Source: Spirochaetia bacterium
Lineage (GTDB): Bacteria; Spirochaetota; Spirochaetia; SZUA-6; Bin103
Assembly (NCBI GenBank): GCA_965208575.1
Contig: CBDBOV010000005.1
Coordinates: forward strand, 384,001 to 448,000
Reading direction: 5' to 3'
Length of the DNA: 64,000 bases
Shown here: positions 10,230 through 23,743 of the stretch, piece by piece
Position numbering within the stretch: position 1 is the first letter of the stretch
Layout: the number at the start of each line of letters is the position of its first letter
The notes under the pieces: generated by a model
The model's input: the letters and a program-made list of their open reading frames with translations, nothing else
Told to the model about the DNA's origin: nothing
Database searches by the model: none
Position numbers and translations under genes: made by a program

Positions 10230-10369
10230 CTACCTTGCGTAGTGCACGTCGCTGCCGCAGATGCCGGCCGCGGCCACCTTCACCAGGATGTCGCCGTCGC
10301 CCACCGCCGGGACGTCGCCCTCCCGCACCTCGATGCCCGGTGCCTGCCTCACCTCATGACCGCCTTCAC
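10230..10369 (-). pseudogene. N-terminal remnant of a Zn-dependent (threonine-dehydrogenase-like) dehydrogenase
   Basis: Manual translation: VKAVM / VRQAPGIEVREGDVPAVGDGDILVKVAAAGICGSDVHYAR-stop. Confidence 0.7.
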
Positions 10370-10434
10370 GACGGGGCCAGTATGAACGTGCACCCGGCGT
10401 TGTTGGGATGCACGCTTGTGTCTACGATAGAGGC

Positions 10435-11607
10435 GTGCGAGTAATCAGTGTCGAAACGCGCCACTGCGATGCTGGCTGGCGCAACTACCATTTCGTGAAG
10501 CTCACGGCCGACGACGGCGTCGTGGGCTGGAGCGAGTACGACGAGCACCAGGGAGCCACCGGCGTGACCAGCGTGGTGGAGCGGATGGCCCCGTCCGTGG
10601 TAGGCGAGCGCGTGCAGGACAACGAACGGGTGTTCGCCCGGCTGCACGCGCAGGCGCGCCAGTCGATGTCGGGCGTCATGGCGATGGGGATCGGGGCGAT
10701 CGAGAACGCCCTGCTCGACGCCAAGGCCAAGCTGCTCGGCGTGCCGTGCTGCGATCTGCTCGGCGGCCGGGTGCGCGACCGCATCCGGGTGTACTGGTCG
10801 CACTGCGGCACCTGGCGCATCGCCCATCCCGGCCAGTACGGCCCGGTGATCACCGGCCTGGACGGCATCCGGGCGCTGGGCGAAGAGGTGCGGGAGGCGG
10901 GCTTCACCGCGCTCAAGACCAACATCTTCGACTACGGCGGCGAACGGGTGACCGGCTGGGCTCCCGGCTTCGGGCGCCCGTTTCAGCCCGACCAGAACGT
11001 GGAGCGGCACATCATCCGCCAGCTCCGCGGCCACCTGGAGGCGTTCCGCGACGGCGCCGGGCCGGACGTGGACATTCTGGTCGACCTCAACTACAACGCC
11101 CGGCCGGAGGGCTACCTGCGAATCCTGCGGGCGCTGGCCGATCTGGACATCTTCTGGTTCGAGATCGACTCGCCGCACCCGGAGGCGCTGGCCGACGTGC
11201 GGCGCGGCAGCCCGCACGCGATCGCCTCGTGCGAGTCGCTCATCACCCCGACCGCGTATCTGCCGTTCCTGCGGTTGCAGGCGATGGACGTGGCGATCAT
11301 TGACGCGGTGTGGAACGGCGCCTGGCAGTCGCTGAAAGTCGCCGCGCTCGCCGAAGCCCACCAGGTGAACGTGGCGCCGCACAACTACTACGGCCACTTG
11401 GCGACGATGATCAGCGCCCACCTGTGCGCGGCGGTCACCAACCTGCGCATCATGGAGACCGACGTCGACCGCGGCCCGTGGGACGACGAGTTGTTCACCG
11501 CGGCGCCCGACATCCGCGACGGCCACCTGCACGTGCCCGATACCCCCGGCTGGGGCACGGAGCCGGACGAGGCCGCGCTCGCCCGTCACCCGCCCAAGGA
11601 ACATTGA
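10435..11607 (+). CDS. Mandelate racemase/muconate lactonizing enzyme family (acid-sugar dehydratase-like)
   Basis: AIENALLDAKAK.LGVP..LLGG, acidic metal ligands, APHN, PGWG. Confidence 0.88.
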   Translation: MRVISVETRHCDAGWRNYHFVKLTADDGVVGWSEYDEHQGATGVTSVVERMAPSVVGERVQDNERVFARLHAQARQSMSGVMAMGIGAIENALLDAKAKLLGVPCCDLLGGRVRDRIRVYWSHCGTWRIAHPGQYGPVITGLDGIRALGEEVREAGFTALKTNIFDYGGERVTGWAPGFGRPFQPDQNVERHIIRQLRGHLEAFRDGAGPDVDILVDLNYNARPEGYLRILRALADLDIFWFEIDSPHPEALADVRRGSPHAIASCESLITPTAYLPFLRLQAMDVAIIDAVWNGAWQSLKVAALAEAHQVNVAPHNYYGHLATMISAHLCAAVTNLRIMETDVDRGPWDDELFTAAPDIRDGHLHVPDTPGWGTEPDEAALARHPPKEH

Positions 11608-11670
11608 GCGCCGCGGCGTGCCGCGCCGCGTGGTTGACAGACGGCGCCGCGAAAATGCCTAGTGGACAGC

Positions 11671-12654
11671 ATGGCGAACGGTGACGAACGGGTATTCGTG
11701 GGCACGGTAGGAGAGGGGCTGTACATCAGCAACGACGGCGGTGAGACCTTCAAGCGTCCGTCAAACAACGGCCTGTACATCGAGGGCGAGGTAAGGGCGC
11801 TGGCCTCGCATCCCGACACCCCGGCCCGCATCTTCGCCGGCACCCACGCCGGCGTGTATCGCTCCACCGACGGCGGCAACAACTGGCAGCGACTGGACAG
11901 CCCCATGGACGGCATGCAGGTGTGGGCGCTGATGGTGCTGCCCGGCGATCCGGACACGGTGTTCGCGGGCACCCGCCCGGCGGGCATCTACCGCTCCACC
12001 GACGCCGGCGACACCTGGCAGGACGCGCAGCTCGGCGCGAGCACCGAGTGCCCGGTGATCGAGTTCACCCGTATCACCACCATCGTTGCGGACCCGATTG
12101 CCCCGCGCGGCGTGTGGGTAGGGGTGGAGATCGACGGCGCCTTCCGCAGCGACGACGCCGGCGACACCTGGAGCCGGCACGCGGACGGGCTCTCTTCGCT
12201 GGACGTGCACGGCATGGTGGTGGTTCCGGTCGACGGCTCGCGCACCCTGGTGGCGGCGACCAACAACGGCGTCAACGTAAGCGGCGACGAGGGCGCGAGC
12301 TGGCGGCGCCAGGATCTGAGCGGCATCGCGCCGTGGAACTACTTCCGCGGCATCCGGCAGCAGGCGGGGCGGCCCGAGACCATCTTCCTGGGCAACGGCA
12401 ACGGGCCGCCCGGATCGGAAGGTGCGGTGCTGCGTTCGCGGGACGGCGGTACGAGCTGGCAGCGGATGGCGCTGCCGGTCGATCCCAACTCCACCATCTG
12501 GGACTACGCGACGCACACCGCCGACCCCGACCTGGTGTACGCGTACACCTGTTCCGGCGAGTTGTACCGCTCCGCCGACGGCGGCGACCGGTGGGACAAG
12601 ATGCGCCACGAGTTCGGCGAGATTCGCGCTCTGATGTGGGCTCCGGCGCGATAG
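11671..12654 (+). CDS. BNR/Asp-box repeat beta-propeller protein
   Basis: Repeated S.DGG..W / S.DAG..W Asp-boxes; no signal peptide. Confidence 0.85.
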   Translation: MANGDERVFVGTVGEGLYISNDGGETFKRPSNNGLYIEGEVRALASHPDTPARIFAGTHAGVYRSTDGGNNWQRLDSPMDGMQVWALMVLPGDPDTVFAGTRPAGIYRSTDAGDTWQDAQLGASTECPVIEFTRITTIVADPIAPRGVWVGVEIDGAFRSDDAGDTWSRHADGLSSLDVHGMVVVPVDGSRTLVAATNNGVNVSGDEGASWRRQDLSGIAPWNYFRGIRQQAGRPETIFLGNGNGPPGSEGAVLRSRDGGTSWQRMALPVDPNSTIWDYATHTADPDLVYAYTCSGELYRSADGGDRWDKMRHEFGEIRALMWAPAR

Positions 12655-12676
12655 CACGCGAGATAGCCGCGGGCAG

Positions 12677-12705
12677 TTGACGGCGCCGCTTTGATGGAGT
12701 AGCAT
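12677..12705 (+). promoter_or_regulatory. sigma70-type promoter of the pyr operon
   Basis: TTGACG-17 bp-TAGCAT immediately before the PyrR element. Confidence 0.7.
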
Positions 12706-12707
12706 AC

Positions 12708-12750
12708 GTCCATCCTTTAACCCGGTCCCGCGAGGCCGGAAAGGACGGAC
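12708..12750 (+). promoter_or_regulatory. PyrR-binding RNA element (anti-antiterminator)
   Basis: CCTTTAA...GGTCCCGCGAGGCC...AAGG matches the PyrR loop consensus; flanking GTCC/GGAC stem. Confidence 0.88.
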
Positions 12751-12788
12751 ACTTGAACTCTGATCTTGTAACAACGAATAGTCGGCGA

Positions 12789-12849
12789 AGTCTCCGGCTC
12801 GCGCGCAACGGCAACGCAAGCGTGCGGGCGCCAGGAGGCTATTTTTTTG
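12789..12849 (+). terminator. Attenuator terminator of the pyr leader
   Basis: AGTCTCC...GGAGGCT outer stem with a GC-rich interior, followed by T7. Confidence 0.72.
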
Positions 12850-12879
12850 TCCACTTTGCCTTACGGACTGGGAGGGAGT

Positions 12880-13530
12880 ATGGCGACGGCTGAACCACAT
12901 ACCCGGAGGCACGGTCCCTCCGTGACGCCAGAGACCATGGAAACCGGTGTACCGGGTTCGTCCGCCGGACACGAATCCCGGTCCCGCCACCGGGAGCGGC
13001 GCATCCTGGACGCGGCAGACCTGGCGCGCTGCCTGAGGCGGCTGGCGCACGAGGTGGTGGAGCGCAACCGTGATGTCGGCCAGGTGGTGTTCGTCGGGAT
13101 CCGCACCCGCGGCGTGCCGCTGGCGCGCCGCCTGCAGCAGACGGTGAGCGAGATCACCGGGACCGAGCCGCCGCTCGGCATCCTCGACATCAGTCTGTAC
13201 CGCGACGACCTGAGCCACGTAGCCAACGCACCAGTGGTGGGCAGGACCGAGATCGACTTCGCGCTCGAAGATCGCGTCGTGGTGCTGGTCGACGACGTAC
13301 TGTACACCGGGCGCACCACCCGTGCCGCGCTCGACGCGCTGATGGCGTTCGGTCGGCCGCGCCGTATCCAGCTCGCCGTGGTGATCGACCGCGGCCACCG
13401 CGAGTATCCGATCCGCGCCGACTACGTGGGCAAGAATGTGCCCACCAGCAGTGCGGAAATCGTGCACGTGCGGCTCACCGACACCGACCCCGTCGAAGAG
13501 GTAGTGATCGCACACCGTGGGGAGCAGTAA
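12880..13530 (+). CDS. pyrR: Pyrimidine regulatory protein PyrR / uracil phosphoribosyltransferase
   Basis: [42 protein letters not shown]. Confidence 0.96.
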   Translation: MATAEPHTRRHGPSVTPETMETGVPGSSAGHESRSRHRERRILDAADLARCLRRLAHEVVERNRDVGQVVFVGIRTRGVPLARRLQQTVSEITGTEPPLGILDISLYRDDLSHVANAPVVGRTEIDFALEDRVVVLVDDVLYTGRTTRAALDALMAFGRPRRIQLAVVIDRGHREYPIRADYVGKNVPTSSAEIVHVRLTDTDPVEEVVIAHRGEQ

Positions 13531-14749
13531 GGTGCGCCCCGCAACGGCATCCGGTCCCACGACGGCGGTTCCGGCGATCGCCGATTCGATTCTCGTTGCT
13601 TCGGGTGCCGGCGGTGCGGCGGCCGCCGCTCCGGCAGCGGCCGATTCGGGCCGCGTGCATCCGACGCCCGCCGCACCAGTGCCCGCGCGCGGCGAGAGTG
13701 CCGGGTTGGCGCAGCCCACCGTGTCCTGGCGGCGCAAGGACCTGCTCTCGCTGGAGGAGCTGGACCGCACCGAAATCGAGCTGTTGCTCGACACTGCCGA
13801 GTCGTTCAAGGAGGTGTCCTCCCGGCAGGTGAAGAAGGTGCCGGCGCTGCGCGGCAAGACCATCGCCAACATGTTCTTCGAGTCCTCCACCCGCACGCGC
13901 ACCAGCTTCGAGCTCGCCGCCAAGCGCCTGTCCGCGGACACCATCAACTTCCAGGGCTCCACCTCCAGCGTGCAGAAGGGCGAGAGCCTGATCGACACCG
14001 CCAAAACCATCGAGGCGATGCAGGTGGACACCGTGGTGGTGCGGCACGCCTCCTCGGGCTCCGCCGAGCTGCTCGCCAGGGAGCTGGCCGCCGGCGTGGT
14101 CAACGCCGGCGACGGCATCCACGAGCATCCCACCCAGGGGCTGATCGACCTGTTCACCATCCGCGAGCACCTGCCGCTGGAGGGACTGCACGTGTGCCTG
14201 GTGGGCGATATCCTGCACTCGCGCGTGGCGCGCTCCAACCTGTGGGGCCTGCGCAAGCTCGGCGCGGTGGTGACGGTGTGCGGTCCGCCGACGCTGATTC
14301 CGCACGGCATCGAGCAACTGGGCGCCACGGTCTCCTACGATCTCGACGAGGTGATCGAGGATGCCGACGTGCTCAACATCCTGCGCATCCAGTTCGAGCG
14401 GCAGCGCGGCGCCTACTTCCCGTCGGTGCGCGAGTACGCGGTCGAGTACGGGCTGTCGCGAGAGCGCCTGCAGCGCGCCAAGCCGAGCCTGCTGGTGCTG
14501 CACCCGGGGCCGATGAACCGCGGCATCGAGGTGGCGGCCGAGGTGGCCGACGGCACCCATTCGCTGATCCTCGACCAGGTGACCAACGGGGTGGCGATGC
14601 GCATGTCGGTGCTGTTTCACACCACCCTGACGCGCGAACCGGACGCGGGCAGAGCCGCGGGCACGAGCGCGGGCGCAGGCACGGGCGCAAGCGGTATCGC
14701 GGACGTGGACGGCGGCGCCGGCACCGCCTCCGCGTCCGGCGCGGAGTGA
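13517..14749 (+). CDS. pyrB: Aspartate carbamoyltransferase catalytic subunit (start uncertain)
   Basis: [31 protein letters not shown]. Confidence 0.95.
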   Translation: MGSSKVRPATASGPTTAVPAIADSILVASGAGGAAAAAPAAADSGRVHPTPAAPVPARGESAGLAQPTVSWRRKDLLSLEELDRTEIELLLDTAESFKEVSSRQVKKVPALRGKTIANMFFESSTRTRTSFELAAKRLSADTINFQGSTSSVQKGESLIDTAKTIEAMQVDTVVVRHASSGSAELLARELAAGVVNAGDGIHEHPTQGLIDLFTIREHLPLEGLHVCLVGDILHSRVARSNLWGLRKLGAVVTVCGPPTLIPHGIEQLGATVSYDLDEVIEDADVLNILRIQFERQRGAYFPSVREYAVEYGLSRERLQRAKPSLLVLHPGPMNRGIEVAAEVADGTHSLILDQVTNGVAMRMSVLFHTTLTREPDAGRAAGTSAGAGTGASGIADVDGGAGTASASGAE

Positions 14750-14751
14750 CG

Positions 14752-16092
14752 ATGGAATCGATCCTGGTGCGCGGAGGCCGGCTGGTAGACCCGGCCAACG
14801 GCGTGAACGCCCTGCTCGACCTGCTGGTGGCCGACGGCCGCGTGCGGCAGGTCGGCGCCGATCTCGCGGAGGCCGCCTCACGTGCGGGCGCCCGGATCAT
14901 CGACGCGCGCGGCAAGCTGGTGTTCCCGGGCCTGATCGACGTGCACGTCCATCTGCGGCAGCCCGGTTACGAGTACAAGGAGACGATCGAGAGCGGCCTT
15001 CGTGCGGCGCTGGCGGCCGGCTTTACCGGCGTGTGCCCGATGCCCAACACCGACCCGGTTTCCGATACCCGCGCCGACATGGAGTTCCTGCGCCGCGAGG
15101 CGCGCCGCCTGGACCTGATCAACCTGTGGCCGGTGGGGGCCGTGACGGTGCGCCAGGAGGGCAAGCAGCTCACCGAATTCGGCGAGTTGCGCAACGGCGG
15201 CGCGGTGGCGCTGTCCGACGATGGCAGGCCGGTGGTGTCGTCCGCGATCCTGCGCCGGGCCCTGGAGTATGCCCGGAAGTTCGACCTGCCGCTGCTGCTG
15301 CACGAGGAGGATCTGGAGCTGTCGCAGGGCGGGGCCATCAACGAGGGGGTGGTGGCCACCCGGCTGGGGCTGATCGGCAGTCCGTGCCAGGCAGAGTCGG
15401 CGATGGTGGCGCGCGACCTGGAGATCGCGGCGCTGGCCGGCGGGCGCATCCACTTCCAGCACATCTCCTGCGGGCGGTCGGTGGAGCTGATCCGCCAGGC
15501 GCGGGCGGCCGGCATCGAAGTGTCTGCCGAGACCTGCCCGCACTACCTGTTTCTCACCGAGGAGGCGGTGCTGCGCTATAACACGCACGCCAAGATGTAC
15601 CCGCCGCTGCGCACCGCCGCCGACGTGGCCGCGGTGCGCGCCGGCGTGGCGGACGGCACCATCACGATTGTCGGCAGCGACCACGCGCCGCACGCCGACT
15701 ACGAGAAGGCCGTGGAGTTCGACCAGGCGCCCAACGGCATCACCGGGGTGGAGACGATGCTGCCAATGATGCTGGCCCTGGAGCGCGAGGGCGTGGTCAG
15801 CCTGGAGCAACTGGTGCGCATGATGGCGGTGCAGCCGGCGCGGCTGATCGGCGTCGAGCGCGGCAGCCTGGAGGTGGACGCGGTGGCCGACGTGACGGTG
15901 GTCGATCCAGGCGAGACCTGGGTCTACGACGAGACCACCGCCCACTCCAAGTCGAGCAACTCGCCGTTCTGGGGCGAGACGCTGACCGGCCGCGCCAGCG
16001 ACTGCCTGGTGGCCGGAGCGGTGCGCTTGCGCGGCGGGCGGATCGTGGCTCCGGCGCCGCAGCGGCGCGAACCCGCGGAGGCGGCGGTGTGA
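14752..16092 (+). CDS. pyrC: Dihydroorotase
   Basis: [24 protein letters not shown]. Confidence 0.95.
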   Translation: MESILVRGGRLVDPANGVNALLDLLVADGRVRQVGADLAEAASRAGARIIDARGKLVFPGLIDVHVHLRQPGYEYKETIESGLRAALAAGFTGVCPMPNTDPVSDTRADMEFLRREARRLDLINLWPVGAVTVRQEGKQLTEFGELRNGGAVALSDDGRPVVSSAILRRALEYARKFDLPLLLHEEDLELSQGGAINEGVVATRLGLIGSPCQAESAMVARDLEIAALAGGRIHFQHISCGRSVELIRQARAAGIEVSAETCPHYLFLTEEAVLRYNTHAKMYPPLRTAADVAAVRAGVADGTITIVGSDHAPHADYEKAVEFDQAPNGITGVETMLPMMLALEREGVVSLEQLVRMMAVQPARLIGVERGSLEVDAVADVTVVDPGETWVYDETTAHSKSSNSPFWGETLTGRASDCLVAGAVRLRGGRIVAPAPQRREPAEAAV

Positions 16093-16157
16093 CGGGGGCA
16101 CGCGTGCGGCCGGCGCCCGCGGAAGCCACCGCGCCGGGGACGGGAGGCGGCGGCGCG

Positions 16158-17291
16158 ATGACCGAACGGCGTGCCCTGCTGGCGCTGGAGGACGGCGCGC
16201 TGTTTCCGGGCCGGGCGGTCGGCGCCGACGGCGAGGTGAGCGGCGAGGTGGTGTTCAACACCGCCATGACCGGCTACCAGGAGATCCTCACCGACCCCTC
16301 CTACTCGGGGCAGTTGGTGTGCCTGACCTATCCGCTGATCGGCAATTACGGGGTCAACGAGGACGACCCCGAGTCGCGGCAGCCGTGGACGCGCGGACTG
16401 ATCGTGCGCGAGCTGGCCGCCCGCCACTCCAACTGGCGCGCCACCGGCGACCTGGGCAGCTACCTGAAGAAGCACGGCATCGTCGGTATCGACGAGGTGG
16501 ACACACGCGCGCTCACCCGCCACCTGCGCCTGCACGGCGCCAAGACCGGGGTGATCTCCACCACCGACCTCGACGCGGACTCGCTGGTGCGCAAGGCGCG
16601 CGAGGCGCCCAAGCTCGGCGAGCTGGACCTGGTCCGCGGCGTGACCACCGCGGGCATCGCGCCGCTGCGCCTGCCGGCAGACGCCTACGATCCGGTTGCC
16701 GGGCAGTCCGTGGCGGGGGCGCATCACGTGGTGGCGATCGATGCCGGGGCCAAGCACAACATCATGCGCCACCTGGCGGCGCGCGGCTGCCGCGTCACCG
16801 TGGCGCCGGCCACCGCCACCGCGGAGCAGGTCTCGGCGCTGGCGCCGGACGGCCTGTTCCTGTCCAACGGCCCCGGCGACCCGGAGCAGGCGCCCTACTT
16901 GGCCGCCACCGTGCGCCACCTGCTCGACGCGCACCGCGACCTGCCGGTGTTCGGCATCTGCCTGGGCCTGCAGATCATGAGCCTGGCCCTGGACGCCACC
17001 ATTTACAAGCTCAAGTTCGGCCACCACGGCGCCAACCACCCGGTGCGCGAGGAACGCACCGGCATCATCTCGATCACCAGCCAGAACCACGGCTACGCGG
17101 TGGACGCCGACTCCCTGCCGGCGCACCTGCGCATCACCCACGTCAACCTCAACGACGGCACCATCGAGGGCCTGGAGCACCGCTCGCGCCCAGTGTTCGC
17201 CATCCAGTACCACCCCGAAGCCGCCCCCGGCCCGCACGACGCCCAACACCTGTTCGACCGCTTCATCGACGCCATGGAGCACTCTGCCTGA
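16158..17291 (+). CDS. carA: Carbamoyl-phosphate synthase small subunit
   Basis: [31 protein letters not shown]. Confidence 0.96.
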   Translation: MTERRALLALEDGALFPGRAVGADGEVSGEVVFNTAMTGYQEILTDPSYSGQLVCLTYPLIGNYGVNEDDPESRQPWTRGLIVRELAARHSNWRATGDLGSYLKKHGIVGIDEVDTRALTRHLRLHGAKTGVISTTDLDADSLVRKAREAPKLGELDLVRGVTTAGIAPLRLPADAYDPVAGQSVAGAHHVVAIDAGAKHNIMRHLAARGCRVTVAPATATAEQVSALAPDGLFLSNGPGDPEQAPYLAATVRHLLDAHRDLPVFGICLGLQIMSLALDATIYKLKFGHHGANHPVREERTGIISITSQNHGYAVDADSLPAHLRITHVNLNDGTIEGLEHRSRPVFAIQYHPEAAPGPHDAQHLFDRFIDAMEHSA

Positions 17292-17293
17292 AC

Positions 17294-20499
<3,206 letters not shown>

Positions 20500-20521
<22 letters not shown>

Positions 20522-21399
20522 CCGCCCCGCTCCAGGAACGCTGCCGGGTGCTGGCCAACCGCATCGTGGCGCCGGAACACAACCTCCTGACCGTAGCCAC
20601 CGATGAGATCGGTCGGCGTGCGCAGGCGGGCCAGTTCGTCCAGATCCGGGTGCCCGGCGGCGCGGTGTTCCTGCCGCGCCCATTCAGCTTCCTGGCGGCT
20701 GAGGACGACCGCTGCACCTTCCTGTCGCGGGCCATCGGACCGGGCACGCGTGCCTTGGCCGGCTTGGCTGACGGCGCCGAACTGGACCTGCTCGGCCCAC
20801 TGGGCCACGGCTTCGACCTGGCCGCGGCGGCGGCGGGCGAGGTGATCCTGGTAGGCGGCGGGGTAGGGGTGCCGCCCCTGGTGCACGCCGCCGCCGAACT
20901 GGCGCCGCTTACCGGCACCGCCCTGATCGGCGCCGCCCGCGCCGGCTTCCTGCTGTGCGAGCAGGAGTTCGCCGACCTCGGGTGGCACGTGCAACCCGCC
21001 ACCGACGACGGCTCCCGCGGCCACCACGGCCTCGTGACCGACCTCCTGGACCAGGCCCTGGCGTGTTCGCCGCGGCAGGGAGAGACCGTTCGGCAGCCGG
21101 CTCCGGCGCCGCAGGAGATGGAACCGCGCGCGGTAAGCGCTATCGAACCGAGCCAACGGCGTCCGACCGTGCTGGCGTGCGGTCCGCACCCCATGCTGCG
21201 CCGCTGCGCCGAGTTGGCCGCCGCGACCGGCGCCGCCTGCCAGGTCGCCCTGGAAGAGCCGATGGCGTGCGGCTTCGGCGTCTGCCTCGGCTGCGCCATC
21301 CGCGTCCACGTCCGCAATTCGGACGATCCCCCCGGCCCGGCCTACGCCCTGGTCTGCCGCGACGGCCCCGTCTTCCCCGCCCAACACGTGCTGTGGTAG
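20500..21399 (+). CDS. pyrK: Dihydroorotate dehydrogenase electron transfer subunit (start TTG 20500 or GTG 20548)
   Basis: [28 protein letters not shown]...C..GPVF. Confidence 0.92.
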
Positions 21400-22346
21400 C
21401 TCCGAGCCTGTCGGTCGATCTCGGAACACTACGGCTGGCCAATCCGGTGCTGGTGGCGTCGGGGACATTCGGCTACGCGAGCGAGTTGGCGGGGATGGTG
21501 GATCTGGCGCGGTTGGGGGGGATCGTTACCAAGACGGTGACCGTGAAGCCGCGGCCGGGCAATCCGCCGCCGCGCATCGTGGAGACGCCGGCCGGGATGC
21601 TCAATGCGATCGGGCTGCAGAACGTCGGCATAGACCGGTTTGTCGTGGAGAAGCTGCCGTACCTGGCTGAGTTGGATCCGGTGGCACTGGTGTCGATCAT
21701 GGGGTACACGACCGGCGAGTTCGTGGCCCTGGCCGAGCGGCTCGATGACCTGCCGGGGGTGGACGGGCTGGAATTGAACCTGTCGTGTCCCAACGTTGCT
21801 TACGGCGCGGGCAGCGGCGCGAAGATGTTCGCCCACGAGCCGGAGCTGACCGCCGAGGCGGTAGGAGCGGTGCGAGCGGTCACCAGCCTGCCGGTGATTG
21901 CCAAGCTGGGGCCCGACGTGGCCGACATCGCCGCCATCGGGCGCGCCGCCGAGGACGCCGGTGCCGATGCGCTGGCGGTGATGAACACCATTCCCGCCAT
22001 GGTGATCGACCTGGAGAAACGGCGCCCCGTGCTCGCCAACGTTACGGGAGGGCTGTCCGGGCCGGCGATCCGGCCATTGGCGGTGCGCCTCACCTACCAG
22101 TTGGCGGGTGCCGTGAACATACCGGTGGTGGGCATCGGCGGCATCATGGATCACCGCGACGCACTGCAGTTCCTGCTGGCCGGGGCGAGCGCGCTACAGG
22201 TCGGCACCGCCACCTTCACCAACCCACGTGCGGCGCTGGAGGTGCTGGACGGTCTGAGGGGCTATCTTCGAGACACCGGCGTGGAGCGCATCACCGACCT
22301 GATCGGCGCCGCGCAACCGCCGGCCGCGCAGGAGGAGTCGCAGTGA
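21393..22346 (+). CDS. pyrD: Dihydroorotate dehydrogenase class 1B catalytic subunit
   Basis: ASGTFG, NAIGLQN, LNLSCPN, GGLSGPAI. Confidence 0.95.
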   Translation: MVAPSLSVDLGTLRLANPVLVASGTFGYASELAGMVDLARLGGIVTKTVTVKPRPGNPPPRIVETPAGMLNAIGLQNVGIDRFVVEKLPYLAELDPVALVSIMGYTTGEFVALAERLDDLPGVDGLELNLSCPNVAYGAGSGAKMFAHEPELTAEAVGAVRAVTSLPVIAKLGPDVADIAAIGRAAEDAGADALAVMNTIPAMVIDLEKRRPVLANVTGGLSGPAIRPLAVRLTYQLAGAVNIPVVGIGGIMDHRDALQFLLAGASALQVGTATFTNPRAALEVLDGLRGYLRDTGVERITDLIGAAQPPAAQEESQ

Positions 22347-22418
22347 ATCACACCACCGAGCCGCTGTCACGGGGCGGCGGTCGCCCGCCGTCGAGCTACC
22401 AAGTTGGAGACGCGCGCG

Positions 22419-23237
22419 ATGAGTAGTGCAACCGAGTCGTCGTCGCAGGCGGCGCCGGCGCCGGCAGCCGAACGTGCGGGCGCGGAGGAGTCGCGGCGCC
22501 TGGACTGGCTGATCGTCGGCCTGGACGTGCCCGACCTGGAGCGGGCGCGGCCGCTGGTGCGGGCACTCGCCGGCCGGGTTGGCGCGCTCAAGATCGGGCC
22601 GGTGCTGTTTACCCGCGCCGGCTCCGCGGCCGTCGACCTGGTGCACGAGCACGGCGGGCGGGTGTTCCTGGACCTGAAGTGGCACGACATCCCCAACACC
22701 GTGGCCGAAGCCTGCCGGTCCGCCGCGGAGCAGGGCGTGTGGATGGTGAACGTGCATGCCGCCGGCGGCGTACGCATGCTGGCCGCCGCGCGCGATGCCC
22801 TGGAGCAGGCCCGGCAGCCGGACACCGTGCGCCCGCTTCTCATCGCCGTAACCGTCCTCACCAGCCTCGACGCCTCCGATCTGGAAGCAACCGGCGTCGC
22901 CGGCTCCCCCGTGGAGCAGGCGGAGCGCCTGGCCGCCCTGGCGGAGCGCGGCGGTGCCGACGGCCTTGTCACCTCCGGCCTCGAGGTAGCGGCTCTGCAC
23001 GCCCGCTGGCCGCACTTCAACCTGGTCGTGCCCGGCATCCGCCCGCGGTGGCTCACCGCCCGCGGCCCCGCCCGCGTCGACGACCAGCGCCGCACCGGCA
23101 CCCCGGCCGCCGCCCTCGCAGCAGGCGCCAGCCAAGTGGTCATCGCCCGTCCCATCATCACGCATGGCGATCCCGCACAAGCCGTGCGCCTGACAGCGGA
23201 AGAAGTAACTGCCGAGCGTTGGCTCAGTCCGGTATGA
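22419..23237 (+). CDS. pyrF: Orotidine-5'-phosphate decarboxylase
   Basis: DLKWHDIPNTV, VTVLTS, PGIR, DDQRR. Confidence 0.95.
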   Translation: MSSATESSSQAAPAPAAERAGAEESRRLDWLIVGLDVPDLERARPLVRALAGRVGALKIGPVLFTRAGSAAVDLVHEHGGRVFLDLKWHDIPNTVAEACRSAAEQGVWMVNVHAAGGVRMLAAARDALEQARQPDTVRPLLIAVTVLTSLDASDLEATGVAGSPVEQAERLAALAERGGADGLVTSGLEVAALHARWPHFNLVVPGIRPRWLTARGPARVDDQRRTGTPAAALAAGASQVVIARPIITHGDPAQAVRLTAEEVTAERWLSPV

Positions 23238-23649
23238 GGCGCTTGCCCATGCTGACGGAGTCGTCCTCGGTGAATCCGAGCGAGTGGTAGAATTCGACGG
23301 CTTCAGCGTTCGAGCGTCTGATCTGCAGGTTGATCTTCGGGCAGTCTATCGCTCGCAGGCGTGCCTCCGCCTCGTCCATCAGGCGGCGGCCGAAGCCACG
23401 GCCGCGGCACTCCTTGGCCACTGCCAGGTAGTTGATCCAGCCGCGATGGCCCTCATATCCGGCCATCAGTGTCGCGACCAGCCGGCCATCCAGCGTCCCG
23501 ACCAGGAACAGGTCCCGCTGGACGCGCAGCTTGCGGTGGATGTCCTTCACGGGGTCGTTCCACGGCCTGACCAGCCCGCACTCGCGCCACAGTGCTACCG
23601 CGGCGCCCTGGTCGGACTCCCGGTACACCCGAATATGCAGCGCATCCAT
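23224..23649 (-). CDS. GNAT acetyltransferase (YpeA-like)
   Basis: RPWNDP, GYEGHRGWINYLAV, RGRGFG, KINLQIR. Confidence 0.88.
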   Translation of the reverse strand: MDALHIRVYRESDQGAAVALWRECGLVRPWNDPVKDIHRKLRVQRDLFLVGTLDGRLVATLMAGYEGHRGWINYLAVAKECRGRGFGRRLMDEAEARLRAIDCPKINLQIRRSNAEAVEFYHSLGFTEDDSVSMGKRLIPD

Positions 23650-23743
23650 CGCAGGTCCGTCAGCCCTCGGCATGTCCACACCTTGGTCCAATGTGTGGAC
23701 AGGACACAAGGATCAGGCGTCGGGGGGCAGTTCCTCGCGAGTG

